This document shows positions 1 through 9,070 of a DNA stretch of 47,983 bases, piece after piece. Numbering within the stretch: the first letter of the stretch is position 1; each line of letters opens with the position of its first letter. This stretch comes from Verrucomicrobia bacterium UBA1727 (GTDB taxonomy: Bacteria > Verrucomicrobiota > Kiritimatiellia > RFP12 > UBA1067), in NCBI GenBank assembly GCA_002315875.1, contig DCIL01000062.1, positions 13,011-60,993 on the forward strand, read 5' to 3'. Below the pieces are notes generated by a model. It was not told the DNA's origin. It worked only from the letters and a program-made list of their open reading frames with translations, and searched no databases. The translations under genes and the position numbers were made by a program.

Positions 1-559
1 TGACGAAGCGGACGATGGACGCCTCCTCGCCTTCCGCACCGACATCGATCTTCGTCATCGCGCCGAACTCGTCCCCCACATCGTAACGTCCGTCCTCGAG
101 CATCTTCTCGATCGCCTCGGCGCCGACACCGTAGAACTTCTTGATCGCCTTCTCGACATCTTCCTTCGGTGCAAGCGCCGTCTTCACCTTCACGCCCGCG
201 GCAAGACGAAGTCCGTCGGCAATCGCGGTGTCGAACGGATCGGACACGACAACCGTGATCGAATCGGCATCCGCCCTGAACGGCAGCGCGTTGAACTGAT
301 TGACTGCACTCGCCGGCAGACGCGAAAGCGCCTCAGGCGAAGGATTCTCCTCACCGAGTTTCACGACCTCGAGTCCGAGGGCCTTGCCGATCGCCACGAG
401 AAATTCGGCTTCCTTCACGCCGCCGAACTTGACCGCCGCCTCCACGAGCGGCATTCCCGGATTCGCCGCGCGCTGGGAAATGATACGCTCGATGGCCTCG
501 TCCGAATAGATGCCGGACGACTTGAGGATCATCGAAGCGAGCGAAGAACTTTCCGTCAT
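1..559 (-). CDS. GspE/PilB-family type II secretion / type IV pilus ATPase. Only the N-terminal part is present; the gene runs off the left edge.
   Basis: This ORF is not in the supplied track because it is open to the window edge. My own translation from the ATG at 559 reads MTESSSLASMILKSSGIYSDEAIERIISQRAANPGMPLVEAAVKFGGVKEAEFLVAIGKALGLEVVKL...DPFDTAIADGLRLAAGVKVKTALAPKEDVEKAIKKFYG. That is the pattern of the T2SSE_N domain. Its ATG overlaps the upstream stop as ATGA (556-559). Confidence 0.6.
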   Translation of the reverse strand, partial: MTESSSLASMILKSSGIYSDEAIERIISQRAANPGMPLVEAAVKFGGVKEAEFLVAIGKALGLEVVKLGEENPSPEALSRLPASAVNQFNALPFRADADSITVVVSDPFDTAIADGLRLAAGVKVKTALAPKEDVEKAIKKFYGVGAEAIEKMLEDGRYDVGDEFGAMTKIDVGAEGEEASIVRFV

Positions 560-2427
560 ATCGTTTCCTCCTTGAAGAAGAAATGGGTAACCTTAACATT
601 GAGCGGAGCGAGAGTATCCTTCACCACCTTAAGCCACTCATCGGTGACATCGCAAGCGATGACCACTGCGTCCGCATTATACTCGTTGACAAGTTTCGGA
701 ATGTCATTTAGCGTTCCGAGAATCTTGAGACCACCGATGTAGCGCCCCTTCAGGTACACGTTATCGTCCACGAGTCCAACGATGATGCGGCTGTTGGCGG
801 CGGCGGACCTCACCAGCTCACGTCGAAAAGCACTGTACCTGAGACCCGCTCCGTAAACGAGGACGCGCGAGACGTCCTTATGCCTAACCAGGTTTCCGCA
901 GTCCACTGCATAGAAGACGTCGCGGAAGATCCGACGGACGATTCGCGCCATCAGCACCCCGAAGAAGGTAAGCGCGAGATAGACGACGGTCATCGGCACG
1001 ACTTCGCTGTCCACGAAACTCGGCCAGTAGTAGATCACGAGCGCCGCCACCGCGGATCCGCAGGCACAGGCGGCGAAGAGCCGAACATAATTGGAAAGCA
1101 GCGCTCTCGACCAGATGGTGGAATATGTGCGGAAGCAGACGAGAGCCACGAAAGTCGCGCCAACCCGGAGCGGCAGATACGCGGTGATCGAGCGGTGTTC
1201 GACTCCTATGCCGACAATGCGCAGCGTGGCGAAGTACGCCGCCACCAGCACAACGACATCGACCGCGACGTACAGCGGAACCTCGAGCCGCGCGAGGCGG
1301 CGGCGCCCGACGATCGTTTTCGTGTGGAGGATGTCGGTCGCAAGCCGTCCGGCATCCAGAATCTCGATGTACGAGTCCTTGAAGATGACGACCGCGGCAA
1401 AGGCGAAGGCGATGAGCCAGACGCCTGCGGACTTCGACTCGAGCATCATCGCGATGAGTCCGAAGGCGACACCCGCCGCGGAAAGTCCGTAAAGGATCAA
1501 CGCGGTCTTGCGCTGGTTGAGTCCGGTGGCACGCAGAAGCCGATGGTGCAGGTGGTCGGAATCGGCTTGCATCACCTCACCCTTCACGCGGTCATTTTCA
1601 GTACTGGACAGGAACCGGCGAAGCGAACGACGAAGAATCGCCAGCGTCGTATCGAAGATCGGCACGCCCATCGCGAGCAACGGCACGCCCACCGAAACGA
1701 GAAACGAATTCGGTTCCTGCGAAGCGAGCGGCAGCGTAGAAACCACGAAACCGATGAACATAGAACCGGAGTCACCGAGAAAGATCGAAGCGGGATGCCA
1801 GTTATATCGGAGGAAGCCGAGCAGTCCGCCAGCCATCGCAAAATAGAAGAAATTCGCCTGTGGATTCTGAGCGAAGAAAAGCGCGCCGCCCATACCCACG
1901 ACCGCAATGAGCGCAAGCCCGCTCGCCAGTCCGTCCAATCCGTCAATGAGATTGAAGGCGTTGACTGCGCCCACGATCCAGAAGACCGTCATCACGCAAT
2001 CAATCCACGCCGGCAATGACGGCCACAGCGTCGAGAACCCGAGACCCGCCCAGGCCCAGGCCAGCGCGGCAATTACGACCTGTCCGACCAGCTTCACCTT
2101 CGGCGACAGCGAGTAACGGTCATCGAACCATCCCAAGATCATGATCGCCACCGAAAGCATCACCATCCGATGAGCTGCCTCATCGGTGATTCCCTGAACA
2201 TAGGGACGTCCGCTCACCACATGGAAGATCGAATAGGAAAGCAGCACTCCGACGACGAGGGCGAGTCCGCCGCCTCGCGGAATCGGCACCTTGTTGATCC
2301 GCCGCGGATCGGGCTTATCTACCATGCCAAGCCGAATGTGAAGCACTCTGACGAGAGGCGTCAAGATCAATACCGCGACAAGCGCGGACGCGAACACGGT
2401 GAGATACGGTATCGCCTTCTCTATCAC
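556..2427 (-). CDS. Polyprenyl-phosphate N-acetylhexosamine-1-phosphate transferase (GT4, WecA/MraY family), fused to extra TM helices and a C-terminal CoA-binding/Rossmann-like module of the WbaP/CapD N-terminal type.
   Basis: GT4 motifs are present: NAFNLIDGLDGLASG and FLGDSGSMFIGF. The C-terminal part reads VLVYGAGLRYSAFRRELV...IIVGLVDDN...GGLKILGT...ADAVVIA. I moved the start to GTG 2427 (V29 of the track ORF), which overlaps the upstream stop as GTGA. Confidence 0.8.
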   Translation of the reverse strand: MIEKAIPYLTVFASALVAVLILTPLVRVLHIRLGMVDKPDPRRINKVPIPRGGGLALVVGVLLSYSIFHVVSGRPYVQGITDEAAHRMVMLSVAIMILGWFDDRYSLSPKVKLVGQVVIAALAWAWAGLGFSTLWPSLPAWIDCVMTVFWIVGAVNAFNLIDGLDGLASGLALIAVVGMGGALFFAQNPQANFFYFAMAGGLLGFLRYNWHPASIFLGDSGSMFIGFVVSTLPLASQEPNSFLVSVGVPLLAMGVPIFDTTLAILRRSLRRFLSSTENDRVKGEVMQADSDHLHHRLLRATGLNQRKTALILYGLSAAGVAFGLIAMMLESKSAGVWLIAFAFAAVVIFKDSYIEILDAGRLATDILHTKTIVGRRRLARLEVPLYVAVDVVVLVAAYFATLRIVGIGVEHRSITAYLPLRVGATFVALVCFRTYSTIWSRALLSNYVRLFAACACGSAVAALVIYYWPSFVDSEVVPMTVVYLALTFFGVLMARIVRRIFRDVFYAVDCGNLVRHKDVSRVLVYGAGLRYSAFRRELVRSAAANSRIIVGLVDDNVYLKGRYIGGLKILGTLNDIPKLVNEYNADAVVIACDVTDEWLKVVKDTLAPLNVKVTHFFFKEETI

Positions 2428-3020
2428 TTGACCAGTCCTTTCAGTTCCGCAAGGAAACGCTTGACCGCGTGAGTGCCTGAAGATCCCGACACCACCGTCA
2501 GCATCGCCCAACGGTCAATGCGTCCGTGAATGGAACGGTCCCAGACATCGCGGAAGATGCGATGCAGATGGGACGACGTACGGAAACCCGCGTGGTTGTA
2601 GAAGGTGTAGGCAAAGGCGGCGCGATTGCCATCCTTTCCTTCGAGCACAAGCTTGCGCCAGGAAATGCCATCGACATCGACCGTACTCGGATCACTCATC
2701 GCAAGCCCGTTGGACGGCAGACAGAGTTCGGGACGATGAATGGAACTCTTTGACTTGCCGCCGATCACCAGCGATACGACATGCCACGAACCGTCCTTCG
2801 CCGTGTAGAGTCGGCGCTCCACAATCGTGTCCGCCGGCAGGACGTTCTTCGTGGTCTCGTCAACCGGCAGTACCTTCGACGCATACCCGACGATTTCACC
2901 GAGCCGAGCGAAGTCATCCTCACCAAGCGTCGGCTCGACCGTTCGCGACTGATATACCGCCACCGCCACGACCATCGCCGTGGCTATGAACGGAATCGCA
3001 ATCGCGAACCTGTTTTTCAT
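2424..3020 (-). CDS. EpsI-family (exosortase-associated) protein, membrane-anchored.
   Basis: It has an N-terminal TM helix. The motif IHRPELCLPSNG matches the H-x-PE-x-CLP signature I associate with EpsI domains. The ATG is at 3020, 1 nt after the dapL stop. Confidence 0.55.
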   Translation of the reverse strand: MKNRFAIAIPFIATAMVVAVAVYQSRTVEPTLGEDDFARLGEIVGYASKVLPVDETTKNVLPADTIVERRLYTAKDGSWHVVSLVIGGKSKSSIHRPELCLPSNGLAMSDPSTVDVDGISWRKLVLEGKDGNRAAFAYTFYNHAGFRTSSHLHRIFRDVWDRSIHGRIDRWAMLTVVSGSSGTHAVKRFLAELKGLVK

Positions 3021-3021
3021 C

Positions 3022-4227
3022 TTATGCCTTCAAACACCTCTTGATGCGGTCGATCGCCTCCAGAACGTTGGCGCGGGAATTGAACGCGCTGATGCGGATA
3101 TACCCCTCGCCGGCCTTGCCGAAGCCAGCGCCTGGCGTGGTAACGACGTTCGCCTCTTTGAGCAATTTGTCGAAAAACTCCCAGCTGTCCCCCTTCACAT
3201 CGACCCACACATACGGCGAATCGACTCCGCCCGTGCAGGTGAAGCCGGCGGACGACAACGCCTCGCGGACGAGTCGGGCATTCTCCAAATAGAAGTCGAT
3301 CGTCGCCTTGATCTGGCGCTGTCCCTCTTCGGAATAAATCGCCTCGGCTCCACGCTGCGTGATGTAACTGGCACCATTGAACTTAGTGGTCTGACGGCGC
3401 GTCCACATCGGCTTGAGCTGAACCTCATTCCCTTCCGAATCGTAAGCAACCACCTCGCTCGGTACCACGGTGTATCCGCAGCGAACGCCCGTAAAGCCTG
3501 CGGTCTTGGAATACGAACGGAACTCGATCGCACACTTGCGCGCTCCCTCGCATTCGTAGATCGAATGAGGAATTCCCGGCGTGCGGATGAACGCCTCGTA
3601 CGCCGCATCGAAGAGAATGAGCTTCTTGTTCGCGTTCGCCCAGTCCACCCACTTCTGAAGCTGCGCCTTCGTCGCAACCGCACCCGTCGGATTGTTCGGA
3701 TAGCAAAGATAGACGAGGTCCGGTTCTTGTTTGAAAAGTGGCGAAGGCACAAACCCGTTCGCCGCGGTGCACGGCATAAGCATGATGTCGTGACGTCCGG
3801 CCATCACGTTCGTATCGACGTACACGGGATATACAGGATCTCCGACCGCCACCTTCACATCGTTCGCAAAGAGCTCCTGAATGTTCCCGCAGTCGCACTT
3901 CGCACCGTCCGAGACGAGAATCTCATCCGCCCGAATGTCAATGCCGCGCGCTTGGAAATCGACCGCGGCGATTTTCTCGCGCAGGAAGGCGTAGCCCTGT
4001 TCGGGACCGTATCCGTAGAACTTATCGCCCTTGCCGGCCTCGTCATCTACCGCCTTGTGCATCGCCTCGACGACCGCGGGACACAAGGGCTCGGTGACAT
4101 CGCCGATGCCGAGACGGATGATCTTCGCGTCCGGATTGCGCTCCTGATGCGCGGCAACGCGATGCGCGATCTCCGCGAAAAGATAAGTGGGCTTGATCTT
4201 GGAATAGTTTTCGTTGACGTGGAGCAT
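3022..4227 (-). CDS. dapL: LL-diaminopimelate aminotransferase.
   Basis: The sequence [20 protein letters not shown]...[11 protein letters not shown]...YGPEQGY...[15 protein letters not shown]...YIRISAF is typical of DapL. The track ORF (to 4704) has an Arg-rich 5' extension that overlaps the neighbouring gene. I use the ATG at 4227 instead. Confidence 0.85.
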   Translation of the reverse strand: MLHVNENYSKIKPTYLFAEIAHRVAAHQERNPDAKIIRLGIGDVTEPLCPAVVEAMHKAVDDEAGKGDKFYGYGPEQGYAFLREKIAAVDFQARGIDIRADEILVSDGAKCDCGNIQELFANDVKVAVGDPVYPVYVDTNVMAGRHDIMLMPCTAANGFVPSPLFKQEPDLVYLCYPNNPTGAVATKAQLQKWVDWANANKKLILFDAAYEAFIRTPGIPHSIYECEGARKCAIEFRSYSKTAGFTGVRCGYTVVPSEVVAYDSEGNEVQLKPMWTRRQTTKFNGASYITQRGAEAIYSEEGQRQIKATIDFYLENARLVREALSSAGFTCTGGVDSPYVWVDVKGDSWEFFDKLLKEANVVTTPGAGFGKAGEGYIRISAFNSRANVLEAIDRIKRCLKA

Positions 4228-4230
4228 GGG

Positions 4231-4254
4231 GTTGAGAAAGTTGAGATGTTGAGA
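4231..4254 (-). repeat. Three direct copies of a heptamer (plus strand GTTGAGA, gene-sense TCTCAAC) immediately upstream of the dapL ATG.
   Basis: Copies lie at 4231-4237, 4240-4246 and 4248-4254. They fill almost all of the 29-nt spacer between the O-antigen-ligase-like stop (4257) and the dapL start (4227). No Shine-Dalgarno-like purine run is present. Confidence 0.6.
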
Positions 4255-4256
4255 GG

Positions 4257-5777
4257 TTAGGACTTTAGTTTTGGAACAAAGCCGTCGACGGCTGCGAGCA
4301 TGACAAAGAAAAGCGCGAGATTGGCGGGCGAACGGAACGGACAGTCGCCCATGCTGTGAATGTACGCCGCCAATGCTCCAACAAGCAGCGCGAAGGCGGG
4401 CGCCGGCAAGGCAAAGAGCTGCACCGGCGGTGGCAGTCGGTGCGACTGCGAGGTCTCGAAACGAGCGGCCCGCGCGAACTTGCGCCAAACCGCAAAACTC
4501 CGCTTGAGAATCATCACCACGATTGCGACGAGCAGCGCAAAGCCAACGAGTCCGTGCTCGGCCAGAATCTGCAGCGTGTCGTTGTGGACATTGATGCCGC
4601 CGGATTCGTACTTGAGCATCTTGCGGGACTTTTCGGACATCTTGAGCGGCGCAAAGTGCTTGTAGCCCCAGCCACCGCAACCGAAGATCTTGTAATCCCA
4701 CCACACCTTCGCCCCAAGCGCATTCTGACTCTGATCGCGTCCGGTGACCCGATCAAGCACTTCCATCGTCCCAATCGAATCGACCTCCTGCTTGAGATCC
4801 TTGGGCATGAAGGCAACGGCTACGAAGGCGACAATCAGAAACGCCGCGATCCACACCACCCCCGCCTTGATCTTCTCCGCGCGATGGCAATGCATGAGGA
4901 ACGATGAGAACGCGTGAAAGAAGAAAGCCGCCGCACAGATGGTCGCGAGCAGAATCGCTGCGCGCGAAAGCGTATTGAGCGCGGCAAAATAAAGAATCGT
5001 CGCGGGAACGAGATAATAGTGACGTTTCCAGAACATCCGCGGACGATCCGGCGCGGTCTTCGAGATGTCCTTCGCCGCGTGCTCCGCCTGGAGGCGACCG
5101 ACATTGTCCCGCCAGAGCGCCACCGCCGCGCACATCGACATCGTGAAGAACGTTCCGCCGATGTTCGGATATCCGAAGACCGAGAAGAAGTGAGCGTTGC
5201 CCCAGTAGGTGCCGCCATTGGGATTCCAGAACGGACCCGGTGCGCCGAGCGCCGCCTGCAAGAATCCGAAGGCCGTCAGCGCCACTGCATTCCACACGAT
5301 GAACGCAAGCGTCAACCGCTTGCCGTGGCTGTTCACCGAATGGCGCATCACCAGCATTGCAGTCAGAGCGAGCGCGAACCAGAGAAAGACATTGAGATGT
5401 TCCGTCGTATTGACGCAGAACGGCAGAAAAGGAATCAACGGCGCCGGATCGAGATGATGGATTGCAATCCTCGCAGCATCGCAGCTGACGCAGAGTCCGG
5501 CGTTGGCAAAAGGAATCGCCAGCAAGGCCACAAACGAGAAGGATAACCAGAAAGCCCAATCATGCAGAAGATTCTTCCACGTCCGCATCCGCGCACCGTA
5601 AGTCGTCTCGTCCTTGTGACGCTGAGGGAAACAGAAGAGGACCTCGAGAAGCAGTACGATCAACCACGGCACGACCTTGGCGACAAGATCCGCCCGCGTC
5701 CCGCCATACAGCCAGGCCGTAAGTGAAACCGCGAACGCCACCGCCAGCGGCGCCAGATTATGTTGCAGAAACCGCAT
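4257..5777 (-). CDS. O-antigen ligase / Wzy_C-family polytopic membrane protein.
   Basis: The protein is multi-TM and carries the signature [21 protein letters not shown] plus an LSRAAILL segment. Its 5' end overlaps the ispG 3' end by 20 nt. An alternative GTG at about 5744 would remove the overlap. Confidence 0.7.
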   Translation of the reverse strand: MRFLQHNLAPLAVAFAVSLTAWLYGGTRADLVAKVVPWLIVLLLEVLFCFPQRHKDETTYGARMRTWKNLLHDWAFWLSFSFVALLAIPFANAGLCVSCDAARIAIHHLDPAPLIPFLPFCVNTTEHLNVFLWFALALTAMLVMRHSVNSHGKRLTLAFIVWNAVALTAFGFLQAALGAPGPFWNPNGGTYWGNAHFFSVFGYPNIGGTFFTMSMCAAVALWRDNVGRLQAEHAAKDISKTAPDRPRMFWKRHYYLVPATILYFAALNTLSRAAILLATICAAAFFFHAFSSFLMHCHRAEKIKAGVVWIAAFLIVAFVAVAFMPKDLKQEVDSIGTMEVLDRVTGRDQSQNALGAKVWWDYKIFGCGGWGYKHFAPLKMSEKSRKMLKYESGGINVHNDTLQILAEHGLVGFALLVAIVVMILKRSFAVWRKFARAARFETSQSHRLPPPVQLFALPAPAFALLVGALAAYIHSMGDCPFRSPANLALFFVMLAAVDGFVPKLKS

Positions 5778-6795
5778 ACTTGATCACCTTCTCGACTGCC
5801 TCGTCTTCCGCTACCTTGCAGACGAATTCACCTTTCACATACAGAAGAAACTCTCCGTCTCCACCACAAAGAGCAATATCAGCACCCTTAGCTTCTCCCG
5901 GACCGTTCACCACGCATCCCATCACTGCAATGTGCGGAAACTTTTCACTTGGAGCGTCGTGGTACAGCGTCTCCAACGCATCCTCGACTTGCGTCGCGAT
6001 GCGCATGAGATCGACCTTCGTGCGTCCACAGGTGGGACAACTCGTGATCGCCGGACCCGGTGCACGCAGTCCAAGCGAGCGCAGTATCTCAAGCGCCACT
6101 TTGACTTCCTTCTCCGGCTTCGCCGTCAGCGAAACGCGCACCGTATCGCCGATGCCCTCCGAAAGCAGGATGCCGAGCGCGACTGAATTGCGCACTGCAC
6201 CGGGAATGAGCGTCCCGGCCTCGGTAACGCCGAGATGAAGCGGATACTCCGTCCGCTCCGCCAGCTCACGATAGACGCGCAGCGTTTCCGGAACATTCGA
6301 CGCCTTCGCGGAAATTACGATGTCGCGGAAGTCCTCGTCCTCCAGCATTTTCACATGCTTGAGCGCGCTCGACACGAGCGTCTCGCCCTTCTCCAGGCTT
6401 CCACCGTTGACCCCGATCCGAATCGGCACGCCCTTCGCCTTCGCCGCACGCGCCACGGCCTGAACCCGATCGCGAGAGCCAATGTTTCCCGGATTGAGGC
6501 GCAGGGCGTCCGCCCCGTTCTCGATTGCCGCCAGCGCACAACGATAGTCGAAGTGGATGTCGGCCACGAGCGGAATTGGACTTTCCTTCCTCACCTCGCC
6601 GAGCACCTTCGCCGACTCTTCGTCCGGCACCGTGAGCCGCATGATGTCGCAGCCACGTTCGGCAACGCTCTTCACCTGCTTTAAAAGTGCCGCGGCATCG
6701 TGCGGGTCGACATTCGCCATCGACTGGACGCTTACCGGCGCCCCGCCTCCGATCGCGACCTTGCCGACCCTTACCTCTCGGCTACTTCTCTTCAT
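5758..6795 (-). CDS. ispG: 4-hydroxy-3-methylbut-2-en-1-yl diphosphate synthase.
   Basis: The sequence VGKVAIGGGAPVSVQSM...IPLVADIHFDY...LRLNPGNIG...CPTCGRT...GCVVNGPGEA matches IspG. The ATG at 6795 overlaps the rseP stop as ATGA. Confidence 0.9.
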   Translation of the reverse strand: MKRSSREVRVGKVAIGGGAPVSVQSMANVDPHDAAALLKQVKSVAERGCDIMRLTVPDEESAKVLGEVRKESPIPLVADIHFDYRCALAAIENGADALRLNPGNIGSRDRVQAVARAAKAKGVPIRIGVNGGSLEKGETLVSSALKHVKMLEDEDFRDIVISAKASNVPETLRVYRELAERTEYPLHLGVTEAGTLIPGAVRNSVALGILLSEGIGDTVRVSLTAKPEKEVKVALEILRSLGLRAPGPAITSCPTCGRTKVDLMRIATQVEDALETLYHDAPSEKFPHIAVMGCVVNGPGEAKGADIALCGGDGEFLLYVKGEFVCKVAEDEAVEKVIKYAVSAT

Positions 6796-7985
6796 TTCGC
6801 CTTTTCCACCTTCTCCACCACATTCGTCCAATCGTCCATGACCGGATCGGACGTGTGAATCTTCCAACTGCGCCAACTATCCTTCACGATCAGCAGTCCC
6901 ATAAGTCCGATAAGCGCATACATAAACACCATCGAAACATTCCGGACAATGAAGTCGGGTATGCGCCGGCGGAAGACGAGCGCTATCAACGAGAACAAGA
7001 TAAGCCCACCGTCCAGCACCGGAATCGGCAGCAAGTTGAGCACCGCCAGATTGACGTTCAAAAAGCGCAGGAAGCCGATGCCGTCCCATATGTCGCGCCG
7101 CACCTGACGATAGAGTCCCTCGGCAATCATCACCGGTCCTCCGAGCGCACCCGCCGTCGCCTTCACCTCCTTCGGCGTGACGAGTCCCTTGAGAATCCTG
7201 AAGATCGATCCAGCGTCCCACGCCAACTGCTTGAGTGGATTCCGATTCGGCATCCACTGCGCGGCCTTGTAGGAGTTGGTGACTGAAAACGCCTTGATGA
7301 AATAGGCACCGGACACCGAATTGCGCTCCGGCGTCATCATGAGCTTTAGCTCCTTCTCGCCGCGCCTGACGACGTACTCCGTCTCCTTTCCGCCAGAGAT
7401 CTGGGTCTCGGTCTGCATATCCGTCCAGGTCTCGATCGGATGCCCCGCGACAGAAACTACGACATCGCCAGCCACCATTCCCGCTGCCGCGGCCGGACCA
7501 TCCTTGATGACTCCGCCGATCTCAGCCGGCAACTCACCAAACTTCGCATTCGGAACGAGCGACAGGGCAATCGCGAGCACCACCGCAAGTACGACGTTCA
7601 TTGCCGGACCCGCCACTGCAACTAAAATCTCCTTCCACGCCGGAATCCTCTCCCTCTCTTCACCTTCACCTTCACCTACACCTACACCTTTTTCCCTTCC
7701 CCCTTTTTCTTTTTCCTTTTTCCTTTCTCCCTCCAGCGCCTTCGTGCCCTCTGGATCAACATCGGGAATCGACACGTATCCTCCGAGCGGAATTGCCGAA
7801 ATGCGATATTCGACGCCCTTGTAAGTGCGCTTCCAGAGAACGGGACCAAACCCGATTGAAAACGCCTCAACCCTAAGGCCGAGTTTCAATGCGACGATGA
7901 AGTGTCCGAACTCGTGAATGGCAATCGCCAGCGAGAACAGCAACACGCAGACAACGATATAGAAAACTGTAACTAAGAAACTCAT
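6792..7985 (-). CDS. rseP: RIP metalloprotease RseP (site-2 protease, M50 family) with a PDZ domain.
   Basis: It has the HEFGH zinc motif, IPLGGYV, AGPAMN, a PDZ-like GDVVVSVAG segment, and LNLLPIPVLDGG. It also contains an unusual low-complexity insert (listed as a repeat feature). Confidence 0.85.
   Translation of the reverse strand: MSFLVTVFYIVVCVLLFSLAIAIHEFGHFIVALKLGLRVEAFSIGFGPVLWKRTYKGVEYRISAIPLGGYVSIPDVDPEGTKALEGERKKEKEKGGREKGVGVGEGEGEERERIPAWKEILVAVAGPAMNVVLAVVLAIALSLVPNAKFGELPAEIGGVIKDGPAAAAGMVAGDVVVSVAGHPIETWTDMQTETQISGGKETEYVVRRGEKELKLMMTPERNSVSGAYFIKAFSVTNSYKAAQWMPNRNPLKQLAWDAGSIFRILKGLVTPKEVKATAGALGGPVMIAEGLYRQVRRDIWDGIGFLRFLNVNLAVLNLLPIPVLDGGLILFSLIALVFRRRIPDFIVRNVSMVFMYALIGLMGLLIVKDSWRSWKIHTSDPVMDDWTNVVEKVEKAK
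7644..7735 (-). repeat. Homopurine (coding strand) / homopyrimidine tract with short hexamer repeats, inside rseP.
   Basis: Plus strand 7644-7735 contains no G, and 7687-7734 is pure C/T (48 nt). The tandem units CACCTT x2 and CACCTA x2 are followed by T/C runs. It encodes EGERKKEKEKGGREKGVGVGEGEGEERER. Confidence 0.9.
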
Positions 7986-8965
7986 TTGAAACTATGCTCC
8001 AGAAATTCAGGTATTTCAGAAAACTTCATCTCTCTCTTGAGGAACTTCGCAACCGCGACCTCGTCCGCCCGCGCGAGTTTAGCGCAGGCGTCACCACCCA
8101 TCCGCACCGCCTCCTTCGCAAGGCGCAGACAGGGGAAGCGCGTTTCATCGGGACTCCGGAAGGTTAGCTTGCCATACGCGGCAAGATCGAGCCGCTTGCG
8201 GTCCGCAGGCAGACGCTCAGGCCACGAAAGCGCATACTGGATCGGCACGCGCATATCTGGCTCAGCGAGCTGGGCGAGCGTAGAACCATCGGTGAACTCG
8301 ACAAGCGAATGGATTATCGATTCAGGATGGATCACCACATCAATCCGATCCACATCAATGCCGAACAGCCAATGCGCCTCGATGATCTCGAAGCCCTTGT
8401 TCATCATCGTCGCGGAATCGATCGTGACTTTCGGACCCATCTTCCAGCGAGGATGATTGAGCGCCATCTCCCTGGTGACTGCGGAAAGATCTTCGGGACC
8501 GTCGAGGAAGGGTCCACCCGAGCAGGTCAAAATGAGCCGATCGACTTCGCCACCACCTTGCAGGCACTGAAAAATCGCATTGTGCTCACTGTCCACCGGC
8601 AGAAACTTAACGCCCTTCGCCTTCGCCGCGGCAGTTACCTCTGCACCCGCCATGACCATCACTTCCTTGGTGGCAAGCGCGATATCCATGCCCTTTTCGA
8701 TCGCCTTCATCGTTGGCGCGTAACCCGATTCGCCAACTGTCGCCACAAGGCAGATGTCCGCCTCATTCTCCTCCACCGCCCTGATCGCGGCATCCTCGCC
8801 GACATACGCCTTCGCCCCGAGCTCCGCGGCAATCTGCTCGCACTTCTCACGGGAATGAAGCGCCGTCACCGCGACAAGTTCGAACTCGCCACGATGCGTT
8901 CTTATTACATCCACGGTACTGGTGCCAATCGACCCAGTTCCACCTAATAATATAATCTTCTTCAA
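7982..8965 (-). CDS. dxr: 1-deoxy-D-xylulose 5-phosphate reductoisomerase (short form).
   Basis: Motifs present: LLGGTGSIG, LATKE, PVDSEHNAIFQCL, GGPF, NHPRWKMG, DSATMMNKG. The track start at 8974 is a TTG only 2 nt from a -10 box, so I prefer the TTG at 8965 (giving MKKIILLGG...). The start remains uncertain. Confidence 0.8.
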   Translation of the reverse strand: MKKIILLGGTGSIGTSTVDVIRTHRGEFELVAVTALHSREKCEQIAAELGAKAYVGEDAAIRAVEENEADICLVATVGESGYAPTMKAIEKGMDIALATKEVMVMAGAEVTAAAKAKGVKFLPVDSEHNAIFQCLQGGGEVDRLILTCSGGPFLDGPEDLSAVTREMALNHPRWKMGPKVTIDSATMMNKGFEIIEAHWLFGIDVDRIDVVIHPESIIHSLVEFTDGSTLAQLAEPDMRVPIQYALSWPERLPADRKRLDLAAYGKLTFRSPDETRFPCLRLAKEAVRMGGDACAKLARADEVAVAKFLKREMKFSEIPEFLEHSFK

Positions 8966-8976
8966 AATTATCAAAG

Positions 8977-9006
8977 ATTATACCATACCCACCCTCAACC
9001 ATTCAA
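8977..9006 (-). promoter_or_regulatory. Sigma70-type promoter with an extended -10.
   Basis: On the minus strand, TTGAAT (9006-9001) is followed by an 18-nt spacer and then TGGTATAAT (8985-8977). It lies in the only sizeable gap (8966-9070) between pbpC and dxr. Confidence 0.55.
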
Positions 9007-9070
9007 CCGATTCACCCAACTTTCAATTTCGCGCAAATAACGCGGCAAAAATGTCACGCCTTGCCGAGCG

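Noticed and set aside
4228-4704. A 5' extension of the dapL ORF. The track gives 3022-4704, 560 aa.
   Set aside because: The extension is Arg/Ala-rich and has no aminotransferase similarity. It overlaps the well-supported O-antigen-ligase-like gene. The canonical DapL N-terminus (MLHVNENY...) begins at the ATG at 4227.
9044-9065. A possible hairpin (GGCAA ... TTGCC) after pbpC, considered as an intrinsic terminator.
   Set aside because: The stem is only 5 bp with a 12-nt loop, and no U-tract follows it on the transcribed strand. That is too weak to call.
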